Assembly: GCA_009103225.1 (NCBI GenBank)
Contig: RHPI01000818.1
Span: 408,906-472,905 of the forward strand
From: Chlorokybus atmophyticus
Taxonomy: Eukaryota > Plantae > Mesostigma and Chlorokybus algae
Direction of reading: 5' to 3'
Length of the DNA: 64,000 bases
Shown here: piece after piece, positions 49,575 to 61,263 of the stretch
Position numbering within the stretch: the stretch's first letter is position 1
Layout: every line of letters starts with the position of its first letter
Program-made: the position numbers and the translations under genes
Notes under the pieces: generated by a model
Told to the model about the DNA's origin: nothing
Database searches by the model: none
What the model saw: the letters and a program-made list of their open reading frames with translations, nothing else

Positions 49575-50405
49575 TGTTGAGAGTATTCCTACATACGATC
49601 AGCATCGACCCTCCACACATGAGTAACAGGTCGTAAGGACGAGCACTAGGTCCGGACTTAGCAAGATGGCATCGTCGGACCAGACTCCGGACTCCAGACT
49701 GGAGCCTTACTAATTGCTTCGTATCTCCGCGTATACTTACTCATATTAGGCGTGTAAGAGCTTGTTGAAAAGCTCTAGTTGTAAGGAAGACAACACAGCT
49801 TAGAGCGCGTCAAAAGGCTGAGTATAGCTTACGCAGTGACTGCAAACGTAGACGTGTATGTAACTGGCTGGTATAAGAACCAGCGGACAACTTGTAATAG
49901 ATGAATGTGATGTGACTTGTGTATGCTGTGGTGGCGGTAGCTCTGTCCGTGTGTATCCATGCTTGCCTCAGCTACATATGCATGCTAGTCCTGTTGAAGA
50001 TATTCCTACATCCGGTCAGCCTGCCCTGCATACAAGAGAGAAGAGAAGGGACCTCGATGGGAGGACCTCGAAGACTCCGGACATGAAGGTCCTGGCGCGG
50101 ACTACAGAGAAGGGTCCTAGGAGAATCGTCATATCTCCTAGGATACTCACTCTTATAGGACGTGGCATAGCTTGTTACAAAGCTTATCAAGTTAGCTACG
50201 TGGCACATCTTACAGCGTAGGATATGGTTCAGTATATCGGACGCTGTTGCATGTAGACCAGCAGTGTGTACAAACTGTGTACTGACTGGCGGGTATATAA
50301 CCCCGCGGTCTGTTGGTAATAAATCGGGAAGTGTGTTGCCTTCTCCTGTGTGTCATTGCTTGCCCTCTTTACTTGCATGCTTGCTTCTCAACGAGTCCTT
50401 CAACA
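49575..50405 (+). repeat. Family-1 copia 5' LTR (49575-49991 plus 50399-50405), followed by a PBS and a short leader to about 50452
   Basis: Reverse complement of the 2175-2597 LTR. AGTTATGGGCCCA at 50406. Confidence 0.92.
49992..50393 (+). repeat. Family-2 solo LTR nested inside the family-1 LTR
   Basis: TGTTGA...TCAACG flanked by TSD AGTCC (49987-49991 and 50394-50398). Confidence 0.9.
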
Positions 50406-50454
50406 AGTTATGGGCCCATACTACGCTTGAGGAGTGTGAGACTAGCACAGGGCT

Positions 50455-50830
50455 TTTTACGCGCGGACCAGTCGTACGCGGCCCGTAGACCACGTCTGAT
50501 ACGTTGTAGCGTACCAGTGCCGCGACTGGTCCGGCATGATCGGACCACTGGTGGTCCGGCCCCGGAGCCCGCCGATATGGTCCGAATGACCGGACCAGGG
50601 CTGGTGGCGTGTCCCGCGGCTTGTAGACCGGTACAGCACTGGTCAGCACGCGGCCTGAGCAGTAGGACCAAGGCTGGTCGCATGCCCTGCGGCCTATGAG
50701 CCAGGGCAGCACTGGTACAGAATGCATGTACTGTACGGACCAATTATGTCCTCACAAGCGGGACCAAGCTGCACTGGTACGGTTGCAAGCGGCCCTCTAT
50801 AGACCATGCATGGTTCCGAAACCGAAACAG
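50455..50830. repeat. GGACC/GGTCC-rich array resembling the subterminal region of the CACAC element
   Basis: Dense GGACC/GGTCC and GACCATGCATGG. No terminus visible. Confidence 0.55.
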
Positions 50831-51033
50831 CACTCAACAACTCAACAGCTCTTTTAGATTATTGATATATTATGATAACCAACGGTGAAGAATGACGTCG
50901 AAAGCATACGACACATCTCACCTGGTCCGTTGCTCCCAAGGTCACGTGCGCCAATGCTAAACGAGTAGCAGGCACTGGGCATGCATGGTCCCCTGTCCAT
51001 TTGCTAGGGTTTTGGGCTTGCGCTGTTGTCTCA

Positions 51034-51065
<32 letters not shown>

Positions 51066-52067
51066 GGCGAAAACCTTTGGAACAGCTGGTTTCGTGGGTA
51101 CTACGCATGCACCCAGCATGGCGGACCGAAAGCAGCTGATATTGCTGAAAGACTCCACCAGTCTATCGGACTCAAGCTACCTGCAGTCAACCTTGCAGCT
51201 TTGCGCAAGCGGAAGCAGCGTTCCAAGTTGGTTGTCAACGCAACGCAAGGTTTCCTACGTCAGAAGGACTTGGAGTTGAATCAAAGAGAGCAAGCTCTTG
51301 CCCGCAGAGAAGCTGAGGTGTCCCAAATTTTGGCTGATAGCGGCCTCGCTGGTGACAACGCGTCCCCCATAGAGGTGGATGGGCAGGCAGACCCCTCACT
51401 CAGGTAACATCCTTGCCCCCACTAGCTAGCTTTCAAGCCTCATTGCGACACAGCCAGCACAGATTTCTTGACAGCAATTGTTAAGCGCCTAATATGACTC
51501 CCTGCAGGCCAGCTTCAGCAACTCAGCCTGCTGCTTACCCCCCTGCAACCGCTTGCCAGCCATCCACTTCGCATTCCCCTCTGTCACCGGCTGCTGAAGC
51601 TGGAGGTGGCTCATTCGCCGACGAGTCATCTGATCATGTGGAGAGCCAGCACCGGTAATTTTAGGACCCCCCGAGTCCTGATTATTCACGCCATCTCGTC
51701 TGAATATTGATGACTTGATCCGTTTCACGCCTTTTGTCCGTGAATATCCAATGGTTATTGTACTTTCTGTCCCATCCCTGCCAAAAAAAACAGCGTTCTT
51801 CACCCGCAAGACGCATTCATATTCAACGTACATACCACTGAACCTCGTTTCAACCCGTACACTTTGCGTTTCAAACTGAGTATTTCGTGCATATTTAATG
51901 TCAGTCAAGTTGTACTTGATGAACGATATGGTACAATGAATTGTCAGTGCCCAAACAGCAGAATAATCACCCAGCGTGTGTGGTGTTGGCTACGACTTGC
52001 CGCGAAAACCCTGAGTCCTAAATACCATTGCATAGTCACCGTCATATTCAGGGAACATCTAGCATGA

Positions 52068-52225
52068 AATACACCAAGTCCCAAGTGCCATCGAACATTC
52101 AACACCACTTGACAAAACTGCCGATGTGAAATTACACCAAGTGCCAAGTGCCATTGAAAGTTCAACACCACTTGGCAAAACTGCCGCTGTGAAATTACAC
52201 TAAGTCCCAAGTGCCATTGGAAAGG
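52068..52225. repeat. Subterminal tandem repeat, ~63 bp x 2.3
   Basis: CCAAGTGCCAT.GAA..TTCAACACCACTTG.CAAAACTGCCG.TGTGAAATTACAC. Confidence 0.85.
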
Positions 52226-52353
52226 CAAGCATGCTAATGGCATGCATTCTAAATTCTATTAAGCACAAAGTTAGCTTGGGCTACTATTACACAGCTGGCC
52301 AATGAACCTGTGCTTTTGACTACAATTTAGCTATGTACCAACCGCCTGCTACT

Positions 52354-53620
52354 TCACATCCGCCGTGACGTTTGCTGTGCTGGCATGCTGTCCATGAGTG
52401 TTCGCAGTCGTCTCCTTAAGCTGTCTGCCTCTTTTGGACGAAACCAATCCTTTTGCATCTGCGTTGCACACACCCACACCATCTGGTTGCTCAACACATG
52501 TCAACCTACACGACTTTGCACTAAGGCAGCTGCCATATGGAGTACATTCCAATGCATGAGCTGTACCTGCTGAAATATCGGGGCGTTTTGCTCAATTGGA
52601 CCAGCTTGTATCCCATCTATAAACTTGTCAAGGTAAACCATGACAAACAGCCCGCACGCAACTCCATCCCTCTGCTGAGGGACCTGCACGAACACGCTAT
52701 GTCAATGCGGGCGAACCAAACGTATGTGCATCTACATAGGGATTGTGCCGGGAGAGGGCGTGACCTCATCACCAGGCCAAAACAACATGTCCTCCCTGTG
52801 GATCAAGTAGCGGGACGTTTGCGGGAGAGAAGCGCTGTTGCGACTCACTTCCATGCTTCCTGCCCCACATATAGTTTAGATAAGCGCGCATTGGTCCGTC
52901 GACGTTGCGATGTAGACCAAGGGAGTCGAGATGGACGATCAAGGGCGGCGTGTTGCTTCCAAGTTCCCCTCCAGGATTGCACACCAGCAGCAGACTCCAG
53001 TGAGTCCTGTGGCATGCAGACTTCAAAGTGAGTCCATGCGAGCAAGTACAGCAGCACTGCAGTGCGAGAACTTGGCTTCACTCTCACCGGCTGTCTGGGT
53101 TGACAATTGCTGCCAGCAAGTTCTTGGAAAACGGATCGTTCTCCCACCTATCTATCCTGTGATTGCCACTGTGCCAGTTATGTTGTTCATGGCAGTGCAC
53201 AATCTTGGTGTAGAAGTGCGGGTTGAACAGCCTCACGTGAATGCCTTCAGCTCTGCCCACGACCTCCTCTTCCTTATATCTGCGCGTGCGTGACACATAC
53301 ATGACACAGCTGCACAACACCAACAACGCAAGGCTCATACTTGCAAAAGAAGTGGAGCACGGTGCCGTTGAGCTCCTGTCTGCCGTCCAGGAACTTTCTG
53401 TCCGCTTCAAACACTGGCACCGCATCACGTGCATTTGCACTAGGGTAAATAAACAGGGGCACAGGTGTTGACGCCTCAACTTCAGCACCCGGCCCGTCCA
53501 GCACCATGATGTCATCATCGCTGTCCACGAGGTCCACAACTGCTGCAGCCGTCGTGGTTCCCTGACTTGGGTGCTGGCGACGTTCCCCGTTGGCATCCTC
53601 ATCATCAAGTTCCATCGGGA
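52354..53620 (-). CDS. Ulp1/SENP (peptidase C48) domain exons, C-terminal part of the transposase fusion
   Basis: LFNPHFYTKI, HWSLLLVC (His), HLDSL (Asp), PQQRDGVACGLF (Cys), WFRPKEA. SIM-like VVDLVDSDDD. One donor site near 52795 looks non-canonical. Confidence 0.88.
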
Positions 53621-53709
53621 CTGGCTCTGCAGCGTAAAAAGGTAGGATTATGCAATAAGCGCCGCAACGCAAACCAAGAAGCGCCAGCACGTTGCTGCTT
53701 ACCACTCAT

Positions 53710-54252
53710 ATCTTCATCCCCGCACTCTTGAACAAAGCTTTTACCCACGCTCTCAGTCGGTGGTTGTGAAACCCAACCGCTGCTGCCCGGCAGAGAACGA
53801 CGCGCGAGGCTATCCCTTGGAAGCTGTGCCGGAGCCCCACCTTCTTCGTACGCAGCGCATTGCGAGCATGTGACCGAAAAGATGTTACCAACAGCATGAC
53901 GTTGACAGAGGCTGTTTGGGCATGTCGCGCATACTTGTCGAGCTGGTTCATTGCATATGTGCACATGGCACCTGCGTTCCAGTGATCATTTTAGAACTTG
54001 TCGACTTCAGACACCATGCATTCACTGGATACTGAAGCTTACTTGTGCCTTGGGCATTCCCAATGGTCATCTTCCACAGGTGGTACAGTGACGCAGCGTG
54101 CGTGGTAGCTCTTCCAGCAGCCTTCTGCATCACAGCCGAATATGCTACCGCCATCCTTGCAGACAAAGCAATAGTCTTCGTGTTCACGATTCTCCAATGC
54201 ATCCAGCTCTAGCCCCGGTCTCATCCTGCAAACCAAGGTCAGGTGCCCAGAT
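53710..54252 (-). CDS. PHD finger plus adjacent Cys/His cluster (NSD/ASHR3-like tandem)
   Basis: DYCFVCKDGGSIFGCDAEGCWKSYHARC...WECPRHKC..HIC...CATCPNSLCQRH...CSQC. Confidence 0.9.
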
Positions 54253-54303
54253 CTGCAGTCACACAACAGTAGGTATATGCAGCATCACAATAGCAAAGAG
54301 TAC

Positions 54304-57300
54304 CTCATGTACTCAAAATGCCAGTCACGGCGTGTGGTTCACGACACCTCGCTCGAAGCACTGTTTGTTTCGCTGTGGTCACCCTGCACCATGTGCATGT
54401 ACACAAGATGGTTGTATGTGATGCCAAGACCCGGGAACTATGAGGACACCCAGATTCTCACAAACAAATCTGCTCTCACCGGAGTGTCGCGGTGCACACC
54501 TCGGCGCATGAGGCTTCGCCTGTCTTTGACAAGCGCTACTGTTATTCTGGTGTCATACGGGTCAATACCCTCAAACCACTGGCCCTTGACCTGCCAGCAA
54601 GGACATGTATCACCCAATCTCACTCTACCATCAACTCGCAAAAACCGCTGCAACACACCTACTTACTAGGTTGCAATCAAGGTAGGTTTGTTCTGCAAAG
54701 CGGGGCTTGTCTTTCCTCATGATTGCAAAGCCTCCCATGTGCTGCACCTGGTTGCTCATGTACCACCTCGCTCTGAGGAGCTGGTGCTCCCAACCGGCTA
54801 CCACGACAACATCAAAAGACTGCACCCTGCCATACCAGTGGACCTTCTTGGTTGGGTCATTTGAGTCACGCCCAACGGTAAACACTCCGCAGTCCATAGT
54901 GCGGAGCTTCTTCTCAGTGTCCTCCGCTCTGAACTGGCCAATGTCCTTGTAGCGCGCTCTGTAGTACCTCATGATGTACTTTGGAAAAATGGGACCACTC
55001 AACAGCTCCATCTCGTGTTGAGTAAGCTCCCTATCAGGTCCACGCCAATGATGCAGCTCAGTCATGTGCTCCATGTCACTGGTCACGAGATTCCCTTGTG
55101 CTTGGGCCCTTTCGCGTGTCTTCCGCCGTTTTTGAACAGCCCGACTGAATTCTCTGTTTACCAACCCATTGTGGACTCATAATATGCAGGGGACATTGCG
55201 TACCAAACAACGATTGCTAAAGCAACTTACTCTTTTAGCTGCCTGTACTCATCGTCATTTTCGGCCAACCACCACTCCAGCTCCTGCCTGATCTTGCTAT
55301 CTTTCTCACACTCAACACGGTGTCTGCGCCCGCAGAGGACATAGTCATCATCATCTCGCTCCTTGCCCGATCGCAGACTGATGCCGACGAAAAGCCTCTT
55401 CAAGGTGTCCATGTAAGTGTTCAACATGAGCTGGATGGAGTATCTACAGACATAACTTGCATTTAACACAAGTCAAAGAACGAGAGTACGAAACAGGTTG
55501 CATGCAACTTTTAGTTGGCCCAGACTTGCCTTTTGCAGATGCTTGCTTCCACATGCTGCCTGGCAAAAATCATGCGCTTTACCCACTGCATAAATCGTTC
55601 GTCGGCCCACTCCCAGTGATCACGCACCGGACCAAGCCACATGCATTGCCCTGGTAGATGGCCAAGGAGGTGCAGCATCATTGTGAGCGAAGTCCGCGGG
55701 AAGAACAGCTCCACCTCAGACTGTGCCTCATGCACCAGCACCTGCGATGAATAATGCAAGTCATGCAACATGTAGAAGCTAAGCACACACATGGAAGGTA
55801 TGGTTAAAGCCCTAACCTGCAGTTCTTCAAGGTGTGACTGACTTCACTTCCAATGCAGTCAGCCGCTGATAGATGTCGCAGAGTTTGAGGATTGTTTTTT
55901 TCTGATCTTCTCCAATGTCATGAGCAGAGCGCAGCACGTTCTGGAAAATCACGGACCACAAGTTGTGCTTGTCGTGCGATTTCATCGAGCCTGTGTGCTC
56001 ACTACATCAGATTGTTAAGTAGACACAATGTGCAATGCAAGGACACTGAGTTGACTTGCACGCAGTTGAGAACCATGGTGGTTGTCTCACCTAAATGCTT
56101 GGTGAAAGATTGCAGCTTAGAGCCGAAAGTGCTTGGAACCCTCACGCCTGAGAGTAATTGCTCAACCAGCCCTGCATCCGTGATTGCCCATGGAGCCTGA
56201 GGTTTGACCTTAACTGCAACTTCCTTTCCGTCTTTCGTCATCTCTGTCTGCAACGCATCATCACAAAGTCACACGAGTTGGCAGGCAGTCATCACAAGTG
56301 TCGCATAAGCCTGCAATACCTGTAGCCAGAGTTCTGGCATACGACCTTGCTGCTTCAGATCTTCTCGAGTCTCATTGCTGTCGCGCATTCCAGCAAGCAG
56401 ATTGGCCAAATTGGTTGCGAGATTGGCAAAAATGTCCATAGGGCCAATCACATGACCTTTTACAAATTTCTGTAAAGGCATCCAATAGGGAAGGTCGTGA
56501 AAACGGCCAAGGATAGGCCAAGGATTCCGGAGGACTTTGAAGGATGTTTCTTGGAGTGAAGTGGTCGCTTGCTGTTGCGGGATGTCATGGCGTACCTGAT
56601 CACATGGCATCCATTGGTGAAGCTTGATTGACATAGCTACGTTCAGCTATGTCAATTGATTGGTTGCTCACCGGTACACACTTTCTGCAGTCCGCATGGG
56701 AGGTGGAGGTCTGTGTTCTGGTTGGGGCCAACGCTCATCAACTCGGTAGGGATGGTCATCTGGTAAGTACCGGCGGTAGCCTTGATAAATCACCTTTTTG
56801 AGGAGTTCCACATGTTCTCCACTGCACTCGCATTTGGAACAGCCAAAGATGGCTCCATGAGCCATCTGCATGGCTGCTTTTGCCAGAGCTGCGCAACCAT
56901 CATTACATGTTTCAGAGAAGGCAAACATGGTTGCCATACCAGTCATATAGTACATTCATAGACACTGATGGCCAACAATTGCTGCTTGCGTACCTGGGTA
57001 ATCATGGATTACAATCTCCAAGATAGATCAGCACCGGAAAACTTCGTCGCGGTGGCTGTCATATATGTCGATGCCTACAACAAACACCAGCAGCTGAGAT
57101 GCCCTACACATTCCAGTCCAGAGCAGTTTACGAGCATGTCTAATGTATCGAGAGCTGGCTTGTTCAAACTACATTGAAACCATACCTTCCCAAAGGGTTC
57201 CCAACTGGTCAATGATTGGCTTGAGATAGGCCTGTAGATTCTCTGGCTGTTTGGGACCAGGTATCACCGCAGCTAGAAAGGTAGTGTCGGTCTTGTGCAT

Positions 57301-59107
57301 TTTGGCAATGGGCAGGTTCAGCACAGAGATTGTGACAAGCCAAAATTCATAATTCCCTGCAAGTCCACACAAACACCTCAATCAATGCCAACTGTGAATT
57401 TACACACTGCAATGACAGCACAGGTAAAAGGCACAATCACTACCTTTTTGCGGATCTTTGAAAGGGCTCATCCCGTCAATAAACATTGCCAGCCGCACAT
57501 TACGCGGTTCTTTGATAAACCGGATGTAGCGTTCTTCTGTATGCTTGAACATTGGCGAGTCTGACAGCAGCAACCACATAAATAATAGTAAACATGTAAG
57601 AATTCAGGCTGCATTGGGCATCAACTTGTCAATCCACACTGCCATATACATACCGTGTATGGATCGTATAACCCCATCCTCACTGCGATTGGTGTGCGCT
57701 GTCATCTCCATAGCGACACTAGGCTTTAGGTAAAGAGACCTCAGAGCAGCAGGCACGTCAAAGTAACGTGCAATCTTCCAAGGAACTTGTCGACCTCCAA
57801 TGTTGCGGTGGCGAGGAGCCTTGCAGACTGCAGGCCATAGGAAGTTTGCATGCGGACAGGTGATCCCATGACAACTCAATCACAGAAGAAATGCTACAAT
57901 AGCTGACCTTTGCAGAATTTCCTGTTGGCATGTCGGCCATAATACACCATGTGGTCACAACAACAGGCGTCATAAGCATGGAAGCCCATGTTGAGGCTTG
58001 CAAGGCATTTCAGTAGCTCTTGCATGCTGCCTGGCATCTGATTCTCCTTGGGCAAAACAACATCACGCACCAACCTGGCACACAAAGTCAAGTTCAATTG
58101 GAAATTGAACATTAATGTCTTTGCAGAATGTGTTTTGTATATATAATTTTGCAAACCTCTTATCCACCAACCTTAGCAGTTTGTTCATGAAGTTGAAGGG
58201 TATTCGATGTAGCTGAGCGAGAACCAATAGCAGCATGGAAATGCCCAAAGGGGTTGTACGAGAGCCGGCAACAATAGGGTTGCTTGCATTGTCCAACAGC
58301 GCAGCATTCACCTTGTCAAGCAGCATTGCCTCGTCATCACCATGAGTGTTATACTGCTGCGACTCCACATCGGTATCGGAGTCTTGGTCTACGCCATCAC
58401 CATCACCATCAACTTGCTCCGCATATACTTGATTAGCGGTTGAGGGGGAGTGCGCTGGCATATCATGCTCGTTCGGAACTGTGTATTCTGGAGTTCTGGC
58501 ACCTTGATGTCCTCGCGATACAGGATGCTCACTTCCAGAGAATGCTGGGTGCAATTCGCTCTGTTCCCCATGATCACACGGATGACATCCTGCCAACGCG
58601 AATAAATGCACTGGCACATGGACAATGACGTAAGCAATCAACTTGCAACTAAATTAGGTCGTACCTGCTGGGCGCATGTGATGTGCAACATTGACATGAG
58701 ATGCCACACTCGTTTGCGATGGCGTGGCTGGGTGCAGTTGTTCAGCAGCGTAGTTCCATGCATGAAGTGTTTCGATGTGATGGACAGCATCATCTGAAGC
58801 AGGCAAGCTTGGTAATCAGACAGCCTGTGGATGAAGTACACCAACTCAGGAAGATTACTCTTGTACCTGACAGCATGTGCGAGGATGCAGCAGCAATAAC
58901 AACGTCAGCCTCTTCAAGTTCATCGGGTTCGAGAAGATTACGGTATTGCGGTTCAACAGCTTTAGGAGTGCCCATCCACATCCTTGTGCCATGGTACTCA
59001 TGGTTTTTGGCCCTAGTGATGTGCTTGTGTGTGAACACTTTGCTCCCTTGGCAATCTTCGCAGAAACACCTGCGATTGTAGCTCATGCTACAAAGATGTT
59101 TAGTCAA
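54304..59107 (-). pseudogene. En/Spm (CACTA) TnpD/Tnp2-type transposase, multi-exon, with nonsense codons
   Basis: N-terminal CFCEDC...HGE, RNVRLAMFIDGMSPF (D), LNLP...IPGPKQP, IHDYP (D), CSKC, LFFP...HLLGHL...LGPV...WADERFM (E), and DUF4216-like WYGRV...RARWY. In-frame TGA at 57030-57028 and 54341-54339. Confidence 0.93.
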
Positions 59108-59149
59108 CTATTATCCTGACATACAACCAAACTATCTAGAGCCCTTACC

Positions 59150-59345
59150 TGATACCGCCGCCGCCGCCGCTGATACCGCCTTCGCCGCCGCTCTAGCATC
59201 GCTGTTGTAGAATTAGGGTTTAAAACCGTCAATCCTAAATTGAAAGCTAGATCCAGTATAAGCCGCGGCTTCAATCCGGATGTGCTCCGTAATTTGCGTA
59301 CGTGCTCCAGTTTTTCTTCCGTGAAGTGCATCAGCTACTAGGGTT
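59150..59345. promoter_or_regulatory. Putative bidirectional promoter between the transposase (-) and methyltransferase (+) genes
   Basis: TTAGGGTTT at about 59215 and CTAGGGTTT at about 59340. (GCG)n leader followed by a GTAAG donor on the minus strand. Confidence 0.5.
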
Positions 59346-61043
59346 TGAATGGTAGGTTGCGTGGCGGCAGTATGCGCGGCGTCAAGGTGTGCAGTTTCTG
59401 CAGAGCATACTTGGTTAGAAACGGCAACTTGAAACGGCTGCAACAGCATGAAGAGAAGTGCAAGCTGTACAGTGAGCAGTATGGCTTCTATGAAGCCTGC
59501 TGGCACCATAAGGCCCGGGGAGATAACGTGAGGCAGTGCAGGCTTCTAGCAAAATGCATGAAGCCAGACTTCTTTGTCGAGGAATGCACTTGCCTGCAAT
59601 GCTCGCTCTCCAAATTTGAGTGGGACGGCGAGCCCATGGATCACCTGCCTTGGACCCGGCCTGGAGCATATCAGGATGGGCAGGAGTGTGATGTGGTGCG
59701 ACGTCAGCTCGCGCGCAACGGTCGCGGCAAGTCCACAGTCCAAGATGATCACAACAACAAAGTGAGTTGAACTGTCCTGTCCTGGCGCACAAACAGCGCT
59801 CTCATACGTAAGCAACTCACTCTTCAATGTTGAAGGGGAATGTAGCAGTACTTGATGCAGTTGACGATACCGCGATAATAACTGCGTGGCGAAAGGAGAT
59901 TGTTGACGAGGGGCAGTTTTTGGTAGCAAGCCGCGTCGTGGTATACTGGCCTGGAATGAGCACCTGGTATGCAGGCCGCATCATCACTTTCAATGCCAAC
60001 ACAGGTACATGTGTCCAAATAATGCAGAGTATGTGATGTACGTGCGCGTGTTCACGCAAGCACTGGCTCAGTAAAACATGTGGCTCAGGAAAACATACCA
60101 TCAAGTACGACGATTACGATGAGGATCCGCGGATGCACCACATCTTGTTGAAAAACTTGAACATCGCAGCTGTGCGTGAGGGTTACAACATGCAAGATGT
60201 CGTTGCAGTGATGGTTCGAGTTGGTGGTCAAAGCTGTCTGAGACTGCAAGACTTGCCTGGTCGCGAGCTCGATCGTTGGCCCAGGCCACCACCCCTTCTC
60301 GTAACTCGCACACCATGCGACTCAAGCGGTAGACGTTACAGGCCACGCGCATTTGATCTCTTTTGTGGTGCCGGTGGCGTTGCTATGGGTTTGTACAGGG
60401 CTGGGTTTGATGTTGAGGGTATAGACATTAAGCCACAGCCGGCATACCCATTCAAGTTCTGCCATATGAATGCAATGGACGCTGATCTGTCAGCATACGA
60501 TGCAGTGTGGGCAAGTCCTCCATGCCAAGCTCTTAGTGGAGCCATTCCCACGACACAACGGTCCGCATACGGATATCGATGGGATCACGTCAACCTGATT
60601 GCCCCATAAGAGCCAAGTTGCAGTCAAGCGGCAAGGCATGGGTGATAGAGAATGTCGCAGGCGCGTCAGGACACATGACAACTCACCTGAAGCTGTGTGG
60701 CAGCATGTTCAAGTTGGATGTGTATCGCCATCGCATCTTCGAGACAAACCCTCCAGTGCGCTCAGACTTAGAATGCAACCACACTGGTTCTGCACTTGGA
60801 GAGCTGGCCACCCACCCGGAGCAGCGCCGGCAGTTGCTACCTGGGGAGAGGCAAATTTACCCGGTATACGGCCAAGCATCTTGCCGTGGTACGATTGCAG
60901 GGTGGCAGTCTGCCATGCAGGTGGAGTGGATGGATGCGGAATCGGAAATCAAGAATGCAATTCCACCTACTTACTCTGAACATGTAGGCAGGCTGTTGCT
61001 GGAAGCGATAGGTTTCAATGTCGATTACCCTCCTTTTTACTGA
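59345..61043 (+). pseudogene. Cys/His-rich region + Tudor-like domain + compact bacterial/phage-type C5 cytosine DNA methyltransferase, with one frameshift
   Basis: Motifs [48 protein letters not shown]. Tudor-like SRVVVYWPGMSTWYAGRI...GKHTIKYDD. Proposed exons 59345-59761, 59836-60004 and 60089-61043. 1-nt deletion in the C-run at 60602-60605. Confidence 0.9.
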
Positions 61044-61263
61044 GACACGTAGAGGACTTTGCAGTTGTAAGCTCTCTTGATTGCCACAGAGGTCTCATTT
61101 GTGATCACATCTGCAGAATGGTAAGGTTTCACTGAGGTTGCCGCTGCTGCTGCTCTTTGTGCTCGCGCCGCTGCTTCCGCTGCTCCTTCTCCTGCTGGCA
61201 CTGTTGCTTCCGCTGCTGCCGCTTCTGCTCACGCTCCTGAAAGAGTTGCTGCTTCAGCTGCTC

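Noticed and set aside
17051-61043. Endogenous giant virus or Polinton as the source of GIY-YIG, MTase and OTU
   Set aside because: No capsid, packaging ATPase, PolB or other viral core genes. The genes have introns and sit within TE termini.
60340-61043. Bacterial contamination or a restriction-modification system
   Set aside because: The MTase is continuous with intron-containing eukaryotic exons and flanked by eukaryotic TE genes. No cognate restriction enzyme is adjacent.
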